A stretch of DNA of 64,000 nucleotides. It comes from Candidatus Zixiibacteriota bacterium (GTDB lineage Bacteria; Zixibacteria; MSB-5A5; CAIYYT01). The stretch spans positions 15,015-79,014 of the forward strand of contig JBECKX010000195.1 in assembly GCA_040235515.1 (NCBI GenBank), in the 5' to 3' direction. Below, in pieces: positions 21,889-30,398 of the stretch. The position numbers and the translations under genes were made by a program. The notes under the pieces were generated by a model. It was not told where the DNA came from. It did no database searches and was given only the letters and a program-made list of their open reading frames with translations. Each line of letters starts with the position of its first letter. The first letter of the stretch is position 1.

Positions 21889-23309
21889 TCATCTTCCTGT
21901 CGCGTTGATCACCGCAGGAATCGTTCGCAGCAAGATTTTGGCGTCCAGCGCCAGTGACCAGTTATCGATATACTCCAGATCTTGACGCATCCATTGTTCG
22001 AAAGTCGAATCATTCCGGTCACCCACCTGCCACAAGCACGTGATTCCCGGTTTCATCGATAATTTCCGCGTTGCCAGATATCGTACTCGCGGACTTCGGT
22101 CGGTAACGGCGGCCGCGGGCCCACCAGCGACATTTCGCCACGCGCAACGTTGATCAGCTGCGGCAACTCGTCGAGCGAGAGCTTGCGGAGGATCCGTCCC
22201 ACCCCGGTGATGCGAGGATCGTTCTTGATTTTGAATGCCGGTCCATCCATTTCATTTTGGTCCTGCAGTGAAGCGCGGAGCGCCTCGGCATCGGGTACCA
22301 TAGTTCTGAATTTGAAGACTTTAAATCTGCGGCCATGCAACCCGCAACGCTCTTGCCGGAAGAAAACCGGTCCTCGTGAAGTCAGCTTGATCAGCGCCGC
22401 GATCGTCACAAACACCGGTGACGCCACAATCAGACCGACAACTGCGGCGACGCGGTCGATCAATTCTTTGGCGACTCTTGCGGCGGTTGGCTCCGGCTCG
22501 CGCGAGTAGACGATTGCGGGCGTACCCGCGAAATCTGTAGTGTGGTAACGCGAGAAGGTGAGATCGATGAAGTCTGCCTGCAGGCAGATCATCACACCCA
22601 TGCGCTCGCAGATCAACATCGCATCACGAATCGAATCGAGGCGGTTGCTCGGTACGCTGAAGAAGACGTAGTCGATGTGGTGTTCGCGCAATACGTCAGG
22701 AAGCACCGAGATATCACCCATCAGCGGAATATCACGGTAGCGGTAGAGAGTGTTAACCGGGTCGAGTGAGAGCAGACCGGCAACCCGCAGGCCCCACTGC
22801 TTCTGGCTTTGCACCGTGTCGACCACTTTGCGCACCCGCTCCCGTGTTCCAACCACGAGGGTTCTCTGCGCATTGTATCCTCGCGACCTGATGTGCTGCA
22901 AGACTTCGAGGATAACCATCCTCAGACCGAACAGGAGCACAAAGTCGATCGCGACGAACGAAAGGAACTGCGACCGGGGCATCACCGCCAGCTTCAGGAT
23001 GTAATTGCAGACGAGGAAAATGATACTTGAGTAGAACACCAACCCGAACACTTCACCCGCTACCTCACGGACCTGCTTGAGTCGATAGACGTAGCGTTCC
23101 CCGCGGAGATAAATCAGTACGCTCAGGATCAGCAGGATCAACAGCGCGTGCTGGTAGTTGACCAGTTGGTAGGGGGGGATCAGCGGGTCCAGCCCGTTGA
23201 TCAGGCGCTGCGAAATGCCGGCGACAAGCAAAGCGCCGAGAGTAAGCAGCACGTCGAATGCATAATGCAGCTTGCGCAGGCGCGATATATTGTTGCGAAA
23301 TACCGGCAT
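21889..23309 (-). CDS. Polyprenyl-phosphate glycosylphosphotransferase (WbaP/EpsB-type priming sugar transferase) interrupted by a 1-nt frameshift near 22067-22070
   Basis: N-terminal TM helices, a CoA-binding-like domain, then ..VGLIVASPVFVTIAALIKLTSRGPVFFRQERCG..FKVFKFRTM..LDELPQLINVARGEMSLVGPRP.. The annotated ORF stops after ..YDIWQRGNYR*. In the -1 frame the canonical C-terminus continues (..RKLSMKPGITCLWQVGDRNDSTFEQWMRQDLEYIDNWSLALDAKILLRTIPAVI..) to a stop at 21889. Confidence 0.8.
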
Positions 23310-23318
23310 TGTTGATCC

Positions 23319-24554
23319 CTACGAGGCCAATTCCTGCAAGCGATTGATATACCTGTCGGCGATCTCGGAGCGCCGGCAGTGTTGCTCGGCATACCTCCGA
23401 CCGTTGGCACCGAGTTTTATCGTGCGGTTGCGATCGCGGAACAGTTGCATAATCGCGTCCGCCAGTTCCTTATCGTCATCCGGCTCAACGGCAACTCCCG
23501 CTCCGGCCTCCTCGACCAGCTTACGCGATTCACCATGCGTGCCTATCACTATCGGTTTGCCGCAAGCCATGACTTCATAAATCTTGGATGGAATGTTCTT
23601 GGTGAATAACCCCGCCGTTCTGAGCGGCACCAGACAGATGTCGGAAGTCGCATAGTAGCGGGGCACTATCTCGCGCGGCTGCTGCGGTACGAATGTCACA
23701 TTATCCAGCCGCAGGTCCTCCTTGATCCTCTGGAGGTTTGATTTGTCGGCACCGTCCCCGACGAACATGAAGCGGATTTCCTCCTCGTGACGCAGGTGAT
23801 CCGCGGCTTTCAGGATTGTCTGCAGGTTATGGGCCATGCCGTGCGTTCCGATGTACGACACCAGGAAATGGCCATTCAGGTTATGCTGATCTCGAATCTC
23901 GTGATTGTCGGTCAATCCCTCGAATTCCTCGATGTCCACGCCATTGGGACAGAGGATCATCTTTTCGACCGGAACGCCGCGTGCTGAGAGGATCTCAATC
24001 GTTCCCTGAGCGACGGCGACTATCAGTGCAGCCTTGCGGTAGAGAAACATCTCGACTCGCTCGAGCAGCTTGATTACCAGCCCACGCCTCATCGCGCCAA
24101 CCGCGACGATCTCCTCCGGCCAGACATCCCGAACTTCGAAGATGAACGGAATGCGCTTGATACGGCTGAGCAGATATCCGGCTATAGCCACAAAGAACTG
24201 AGGTGAAGTCGCAATGATGATATCCTGCTCTCCGGAACGGAGCATTCCTGAGATGACCGCTGAGACCATAAAGGAGAGATAGTTGAGAATCCGTTTCGCG
24301 AATCCTTTATTGGCGGTCGCATAAAGCCAGGTTCGCAGAACCCGCACAGGACCGTCAGCTTCGGTGGCACTGATCTTACCACGGTATTCCTCGGGGATGA
24401 TCCCGGTCGGATGATTCGGGAATCCGGTCAGTACCGTAACGCGGTGGCCACGCTGCGACCAGACACGTGCGAGACCCGACACTCTGACAGCGGGAGCGTT
24501 TACCTCCGGCTTGTAGTAGTGACTGATGTAGAGGATTCGAAGTGGTCGTTTCAT
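23319..24554 (-). CDS. Glycosyltransferase family 4 (WcaI-like)
   Basis: GT-B fold. N-terminal ..ILYISHYYKPE.. and a C-terminal E-x7-E-like region (..LFTKNIPSKIYEVMACGKPIV..). Confidence 0.8.
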   Translation of the reverse strand: MKRPLRILYISHYYKPEVNAPAVRVSGLARVWSQRGHRVTVLTGFPNHPTGIIPEEYRGKISATEADGPVRVLRTWLYATANKGFAKRILNYLSFMVSAVISGMLRSGEQDIIIATSPQFFVAIAGYLLSRIKRIPFIFEVRDVWPEEIVAVGAMRRGLVIKLLERVEMFLYRKAALIVAVAQGTIEILSARGVPVEKMILCPNGVDIEEFEGLTDNHEIRDQHNLNGHFLVSYIGTHGMAHNLQTILKAADHLRHEEEIRFMFVGDGADKSNLQRIKEDLRLDNVTFVPQQPREIVPRYYATSDICLVPLRTAGLFTKNIPSKIYEVMACGKPIVIGTHGESRKLVEEAGAGVAVEPDDDKELADAIMQLFRDRNRTIKLGANGRRYAEQHCRRSEIADRYINRLQELAS

Positions 24555-24576
24555 CGTTGTATCCTGCCGTCTCTGA

Positions 24577-26730
24577 TCACGCTACCTGAACAGGTTCTCC
24601 CGTCTTCAGGGATTGAAGTGCCGCCAGCGTAGCCGCGGTGGAATGGAAATAAGATTCCAGTTCCGAAGCGGTTTGCCCTGATCTGACTATCTGTGCCAGG
24701 TGTGCGATTTCTCCGCCGAATCCTTTCTCCTGCGCTCCCGAGTAGAGTGTTTTGCTCTTGCCGTCGGCAGTCAGGGTGGCGGTGCGGAAATCAGACATGG
24801 TGATCACACGTCCGTTGGAGAAAATTGTCATACTTTCTTTGGGGTAAGACTTGTCGCCCATCGCGGTGTATGTGATCGACGCGATCGATCCGTTGGTTAA
24901 CTGGCACTGCATCGTGATATTGTCAGAAGTTAGATAGCCACCTTTAGAGCCGGTCACGCCTACGGTATTGACTCTTTCCACCTGTGAGGAAGTGATCCAG
25001 GTTATCAGATCAATGAAGTGGCAAACCTCGCCACGAATTCTTCCTCCACCAATCTTATCGTCCTGAATCCAGGATGATTTAGGAATGAAACCTGCATTGA
25101 TCGTATAATCGACAATCATCGGCATCGGGCTCTCGCCGATTTCGGTCATTATCGCGGCAATCGCCGGAGCGAAGCGCCGATTGAATCCTACCATCAATGG
25201 TGCCCCTGACTGCGACTGGGCATAGCGAATCTCGCCCAGTTCAGCCATTGTCAGACACAGCGGCTTTTCGACAAAGACACTCTTCCCAGCCTTCAGTGCG
25301 TCGATCACCTGCTGAGCGTGCAGGTTATGCGGCGTCGCGATGAACACGAGATCAGTGTCCGGATCGCGGAGGATCTCCTCGGTAGAGCCGGCAGTTGACG
25401 AGAAACCGAACTGGCTCGCCATTGCAACTGCTTTGTTCGGGGTCGCACTATGCAACGCATGCAGTGAGATATCGGGATGCTTCTGGACCGCAGGCAACAG
25501 CACGCCCGTTGCAAAGTTGCCGGCGCCGATGAAACTTGCCAGTAACTTGCCGTCGGCTGTTCGCGTGCTCCTGCTCGGAGCCACCGACGTAGGGATCGTT
25601 GTCGGCTCTGCCTCCGTCTGATACTTCAGCAGAATCCCGAGCACTTTCTCAGCCTCGATCCGTTCGAAGGCGGTAGCGGCGGCGGTAATATCCACGGTGT
25701 CGGAAACGAGTGACTTCACATCAATCCGACCGCTCGCAACCAGATCGAGGAACGCACGCATGTTGCGATTCTCGGTCCAGCGCACATAGCCGATCGGATA
25801 GTCGTGCCCCTGTTCCTCATAGGTTGAATCATATCTACCGGGCCCGTAAGAGCGCGAGAGGCTCAGGGAGAGTTCCTTGTCGTAAAACGGTTTGCGCGGC
25901 AGATTCATGGTTACATCACCAACCATCACGACACGAGCGCGATCGCGGGCGATTGTCGCAGCGAATTCAACAGGCTGTGACGATTTGGTTGCGGCTGTGA
26001 TCAGGATCGCATCCGCGCCGTTGCCTTCAGTGAAGTGCCAGATCGACCGCTCGGCGTTGTCGTCGCTGCTGTTTACCAGCAACTCGGCTCCGAAACGGGC
26101 GGTCTCGTCGAGTCGAGTTTGATCGATATCGACGCCGATCACCTGGCATCCGCTCGCGCGCAGTATCTGCACCGTCAACTGGCCCAGCAGGCCCAGTCCG
26201 ATAACAGCAACTCGCTCACCCAGCGTAACGCCGGCTTGCCTCACCCCCCAGAGTGCAATTGCACCGAGGGTCACAAATGCGCCTTCCTCGAAGGTCAGGT
26301 TCTGTGGCAGCGGCACGGCAAGATTCTTCGGAACGAAGATCTCATCGGCATGGGAGGCGTACCCGAAACCCGCGCACGCTACCCGATCGCCAACACCATA
26401 GTCGGCGACACCCGAGCCAACTTCGGTCACAACCCCGGATGAGCTGTAGCCCAACGGAATCGGGACGTTCAGCCGCGCCCGCACTTTGTTGAGGGTGTTC
26501 ATTAACCCTTCGGTCTTGATCTTGTCGAGCACCTGCTTCACCAGGTCGGGGCGCGAACGTGCCTTACCCGCGAGACTCTTGGTTGCGAGATCAATGATTG
26601 CGCGTTCCGTGCCGGGCGAGATGAGGGAAAATCTATTCTTTACCAGCAGCCCACCCTCTTTGCAGACGGGGTGCGGACATTCCTCTAACACGAGTCCGTT
26701 GCGACGTGGATATTGCAGCACCTGCTTCAT
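24577..26730 (-). CDS. Bi-domain oxidoreductase: N-terminal zinc-binding MDR alcohol dehydrogenase-like domain fused to C-terminal Gfo/Idh/MocA NAD(P)-oxidoreductase
   Basis: N-terminal half: GroES-like + Rossmann (..GDRVACAGFGYASHAD.., ..VIGLGLLGQL..). C-terminal half: ..ASFIGAGNFATGVLLPA.. ..FIATPHNLHAQQVIDALKAGKSVFVEKPLCLT.. (Gfo/Idh/MocA). Confidence 0.8.
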   Translation of the reverse strand: MKQVLQYPRRNGLVLEECPHPVCKEGGLLVKNRFSLISPGTERAIIDLATKSLAGKARSRPDLVKQVLDKIKTEGLMNTLNKVRARLNVPIPLGYSSSGVVTEVGSGVADYGVGDRVACAGFGYASHADEIFVPKNLAVPLPQNLTFEEGAFVTLGAIALWGVRQAGVTLGERVAVIGLGLLGQLTVQILRASGCQVIGVDIDQTRLDETARFGAELLVNSSDDNAERSIWHFTEGNGADAILITAATKSSQPVEFAATIARDRARVVMVGDVTMNLPRKPFYDKELSLSLSRSYGPGRYDSTYEEQGHDYPIGYVRWTENRNMRAFLDLVASGRIDVKSLVSDTVDITAAATAFERIEAEKVLGILLKYQTEAEPTTIPTSVAPSRSTRTADGKLLASFIGAGNFATGVLLPAVQKHPDISLHALHSATPNKAVAMASQFGFSSTAGSTEEILRDPDTDLVFIATPHNLHAQQVIDALKAGKSVFVEKPLCLTMAELGEIRYAQSQSGAPLMVGFNRRFAPAIAAIMTEIGESPMPMIVDYTINAGFIPKSSWIQDDKIGGGRIRGEVCHFIDLITWITSSQVERVNTVGVTGSKGGYLTSDNITMQCQLTNGSIASITYTAMGDKSYPKESMTIFSNGRVITMSDFRTATLTADGKSKTLYSGAQEKGFGGEIAHLAQIVRSGQTASELESYFHSTAATLAALQSLKTGEPVQVA

Positions 26731-26823
26731 TATCTATCTCTCCCTGGATTTTCGAATGATTCGATTTGAATTGAGGGGCAAACTGCTCGGTCGCAGGTTC
26801 GTTGGTGGCTGCGGTCCGACGAT

Positions 26824-28077
26824 CTAGTTTGCGATGTGTTGATGCGCGACCACCCGGTCGTGCGAGCTTGTCCTTGCTCGAACATCGGTTGTGTCCTTCC
26901 TATGGATCAAATTTCTCGGTGAGATTCCGGCGGCGCTATGGAACAGGTCGAGCGCACGTGCCGCGGTTTCGGTCCAATCGAAACTGCGTGCACGCCGGTC
27001 ACCCAGCATTCGCAAGCCGTCGGAGAGTTCTCTGTCCTGGAGTACTTTGAGGATCTGCTCTGCGAGATGGTTGTTCTGTTCCAGGCTCGACAACAGTGCA
27101 GCTCCTCCCGCGATTTCCGGGAGTGCGGAGCGATTCGAGATTATGACCGGCACTCCGGCAGCCATCGCTTCCAGTACCGGCAAACCGAACGACTCAACAT
27201 TGGAGACCAGCAGAAACAGATCCGCGTTCCAGAAGTAGGGGGGCAGATCAGCGTGTGATACGCCGCCAGCGAACAGTACGCGGTCCGCAAGTTTCAGCTT
27301 GGAGGCAAACGCTTCGAGCCGCTCGCGGTAGCCGTGCCAGTCATTGCCGACGATAACCAGCTTATGCTTGAGCCCGCGGTCGACGACATCACGAAATGCA
27401 CAAAGTACCTTATCCAAATTCTTGTTCGGGTAGAGCTGTGCCACGCAGAGGATATAGGGACCATCGATGACCGGGCTCTGAGGCGCATCATTTCTCAAGC
27501 GATTGAAGCGCTCGTACTCGACACCGGCGTAAATCACTTCGGTCTTCTGCTCGTCGATACCGAAGCTCCGCTTCAGGTGCCAGGCTGTCGTGTTGGAGAT
27601 CGCCCAGACGCGCGTCGCCCGCCTGAGCGTAATCGGTGTCAGCATCCGGTAGTAAAGGGCCTGCAAATTCACGAATAACCGTGATCTCAGCGATCGACCA
27701 CGATACGGGACATTGTTCTTGTAATCGAGGTAGAGCAGATTCTGGATCGTCACCACCGACTTGCATGGCAACCACAAAGGCAGCGTGCCGAAGGGCGAGT
27801 AGAACAGATCGACATGTTCACGCCGTAACAAGCCCGGCAGCTTGAAATTCTCGAACATGAGCCTGGTCCGTTTTGACTCGGTTCCGTTCAGTATCTCTCG
27901 CAATTCCACCCGAGTATTCGCGGTTGCGAACAGATGCCGGTTGCTGCTCGTCACGAGGACGAGGTATTCATTCTCGGTGTCAATGCTGAAGAGGTTCCTG
28001 AGTAGATTAACCAGGAACGTTTCACCGCCGCCGGTCTTTCCCGGTTCAACCAGAAGAGCGTTGATACAGATTTTCAC
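26824..28077 (-). CDS. Glycosyltransferase family 4
   Basis: ..LLVSNVESFGLPVLEAMAAGVPVIISN.. is the GT4 EX7E motif region. Confidence 0.8.
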   Translation of the reverse strand: MKICINALLVEPGKTGGGETFLVNLLRNLFSIDTENEYLVLVTSSNRHLFATANTRVELREILNGTESKRTRLMFENFKLPGLLRREHVDLFYSPFGTLPLWLPCKSVVTIQNLLYLDYKNNVPYRGRSLRSRLFVNLQALYYRMLTPITLRRATRVWAISNTTAWHLKRSFGIDEQKTEVIYAGVEYERFNRLRNDAPQSPVIDGPYILCVAQLYPNKNLDKVLCAFRDVVDRGLKHKLVIVGNDWHGYRERLEAFASKLKLADRVLFAGGVSHADLPPYFWNADLFLLVSNVESFGLPVLEAMAAGVPVIISNRSALPEIAGGAALLSSLEQNNHLAEQILKVLQDRELSDGLRMLGDRRARSFDWTETAARALDLFHSAAGISPRNLIHRKDTTDVRARTSSHDRVVAHQHIAN

Positions 28078-29246
28078 TGCGAAAACTCCCTTTCAATCAG
28101 CTTGCGAGTGCGCTGGAATCTCTCAGACCAGTCATCCCCGTCGACGAGATGGGTCAATCGGTTTTGCAGGGCGCTGCGTTCAGGCTCTTTCAGCTCCAAC
28201 AGCGACTTGATAGCTTTTCCAAAATCGAAATAGTCGTTGGCAATGACGAGATCTGGCGCGAAGCGGGTTACCTCCGGCATCGGAACGCTCACGACGGGAC
28301 GGCCGGCCGCGAGGTACTCGAAGACCTTCAGCGGCGAACATGATGCCGCAACATCGTCGCGCTTGTACGGGTTAATGAATACATCGATTCCCGCCATGTA
28401 GCGTGGCAACTCGGAATAGGGTACGCGCCCCACGAAGTGAATATTCGGGTAGCGTCGCAACTTCTCGGTGTTCGTTGAGACGGGGCCGATGAAGATGAAC
28501 TGCCACGACCGATAGGAATCGGCGAGATGCGCGATCAGGTCCTGATCGAGCCAGTACGCGAACATTCCAACGAAACCGATTCGTGGTTGCGGAATGGCGG
28601 CAATCTCATCGGCGACCGCTGCGGTCATCGCCTTGCGGAAGTGAGAAACTTCGCAGGCATTCGGTATGACTTCGACATTCTCGTGCTTGCCTGCAAGCAT
28701 CGTCTTCAACTTGGTCGCGGTCACAACCACCGCGTTCGTGATCTTGAGGAGCTTCGCCTCGAGCTTCTGAACGGTGCTCTTTTTGACCAATCCCTCCGCG
28801 GCGGACAGGTCATCAACTTTTTCGTACAACACGTTGCTGCTGCCGATCATCTTGATGGCAAGGTGCGAGTAGGGGACATAGGTATAGACCAGCGGGCTTT
28901 TTATCCCGAGGCGAGCGCAAACCCGGCGCAGGTAGATCCCCATAACGAGGTTGTTCACCACCGCCAGGGCTGTGAACATCTGAAAGAATGGTAGCAGCAG
29001 CGGCGGCGTAACGACGTAGAGGTTGGGTTCAACCACGCGCGGTTTCTTCAGGAATCTGATGGCCCGGCCAACATTGCCGGATAGACGTTTGAGGTAAGTC
29101 AGGATGTGCCACTGCGTTTCCACGTAGAGCACCTGATGGCCCTCACGCGCAAAATTCGTCATAAACCTTTGCTTGCGAGTCCAGAGGTCGTCGAAATCTT
29201 GTGTTGAGAGGCAGAGAATCGGCACCTTTGACTGCGCCTTGCTCAT
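28074..29246 (-). CDS. Glycosyltransferase (GT4-like, group 1)
   Basis: C-terminal ..SPLKVFEYLAAGRPVVS.. is a GT-B donor-binding motif. 4-nt overlap with the upstream gene. Confidence 0.7.
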   Translation of the reverse strand: MSKAQSKVPILCLSTQDFDDLWTRKQRFMTNFAREGHQVLYVETQWHILTYLKRLSGNVGRAIRFLKKPRVVEPNLYVVTPPLLLPFFQMFTALAVVNNLVMGIYLRRVCARLGIKSPLVYTYVPYSHLAIKMIGSSNVLYEKVDDLSAAEGLVKKSTVQKLEAKLLKITNAVVVTATKLKTMLAGKHENVEVIPNACEVSHFRKAMTAAVADEIAAIPQPRIGFVGMFAYWLDQDLIAHLADSYRSWQFIFIGPVSTNTEKLRRYPNIHFVGRVPYSELPRYMAGIDVFINPYKRDDVAASCSPLKVFEYLAAGRPVVSVPMPEVTRFAPDLVIANDYFDFGKAIKSLLELKEPERSALQNRLTHLVDGDDWSERFQRTRKLIEREFSQ

Positions 29247-30388
29247 GCGAGCACCTCTTCGAGTTCGAGCTGAACGTCAGGTTGTTGCTCGGTAACCCCG
29301 CTTCCACTAAGCAGCGCGCAGATGCGAGCCGCGGTGTTACCGTCCCACAGTGGCGGAATCGGATGAGCGGCTACCGTAGTGGCAAGAACCTGGTCCAGAG
29401 CGGCCAGCACCACGCTGCGGTCGGTGCCCACCAGCAGGTTTGTCCCGTGAGTGATCGTCACCGGCCGTTCGGTGCTCTCGCGCATCGTAAGGCAGGGCAC
29501 GCCGAGCACGGTCGATTCCTCCTGCAATCCGCCCGAGTCTGTCATGATCACGCGCGCGTCCTTCTCCAGCCGCAGGAAGTCGAGGTAGCCGAGCGGTTCG
29601 ATCAGACTGATCTCGGTGCACTCAGTAAGAGTGTCCCATAATCCGGCTGCTTCGAGGTTCTTCCGGGTGCGTGGATGAACCGGAAAAACAACCGGCATCC
29701 GCTGGGCTGTATCGAACAGAGTCTGCACGAGTTCACGCAGACTTCCGGTGTCATCGACGTTGGCGGGGCGATGCAGGGTAACCAGGATGTAACCCTGCCG
29801 CGTCAAGCCAAGGCGGTTACAGATTTCGGATGCTTCTGCTTTGGCCAGCGATGCATGCAGGGAGTCGATCATGATGTTGCCTACGAAGTGAATCCGCGAC
29901 TCCTCGATTCCTTCTCCGATCAGGTTTTCGTTTGCATCTTCACACGTCGTGAGCAGTAAGTCGGAGAGGTGGTCGGTTACGATCCTGTTCAGTTCCTCCG
30001 GCATCGCACGATCGCGCGAACGTAGTCCGGCCTCCACATGGATCACCGGATAGTGCTCCTTGGCCGCCACCAGAGCGGCAGCAGTGGTGGAGTTGACATC
30101 GCCAAAGACGATGACTCCGTCGGGGACCTGTTCGAGGAGTACCTTCTCAAATTCGAGCATGATTCGTGCGGTTTGCTGTGTATGTGATCCGGCGGAGATG
30201 CCGAGAAAGATATCTGGTTTGGGCAGGTCAAGCTCATCGAAGAAGACCTGCGACATTTTCGTGTCGTAGTGCTGTCCGGTATGGACGATGACCGGCTCGA
30301 AGTGAATCGGGTCAGCTTTCATTGCCCGCCACAGCGGGGCGAGCTTCATGAAATTCGGCCGTGCACCTGCGATAAGAAGATACTTCAT
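29243..30388 (-). CDS. wecB: UDP-N-acetylglucosamine 2-epimerase (non-hydrolysing)
   Basis: MKYLLIAGARPNFMKLAPL.. ..HTGQHYD.. ..DVNSTTAAALVAAKEHYPVIHVEAGLRS... Start at MKY, preceded by AGGAGG; the longer ORF extends to 30412. Confidence 0.9.
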   Translation of the reverse strand: MKYLLIAGARPNFMKLAPLWRAMKADPIHFEPVIVHTGQHYDTKMSQVFFDELDLPKPDIFLGISAGSHTQQTARIMLEFEKVLLEQVPDGVIVFGDVNSTTAAALVAAKEHYPVIHVEAGLRSRDRAMPEELNRIVTDHLSDLLLTTCEDANENLIGEGIEESRIHFVGNIMIDSLHASLAKAEASEICNRLGLTRQGYILVTLHRPANVDDTGSLRELVQTLFDTAQRMPVVFPVHPRTRKNLEAAGLWDTLTECTEISLIEPLGYLDFLRLEKDARVIMTDSGGLQEESTVLGVPCLTMRESTERPVTITHGTNLLVGTDRSVVLAALDQVLATTVAAHPIPPLWDGNTAARICALLSGSGVTEQQPDVQLELEEVLA

Positions 30389-30398
30389 CCTGGCCCTC

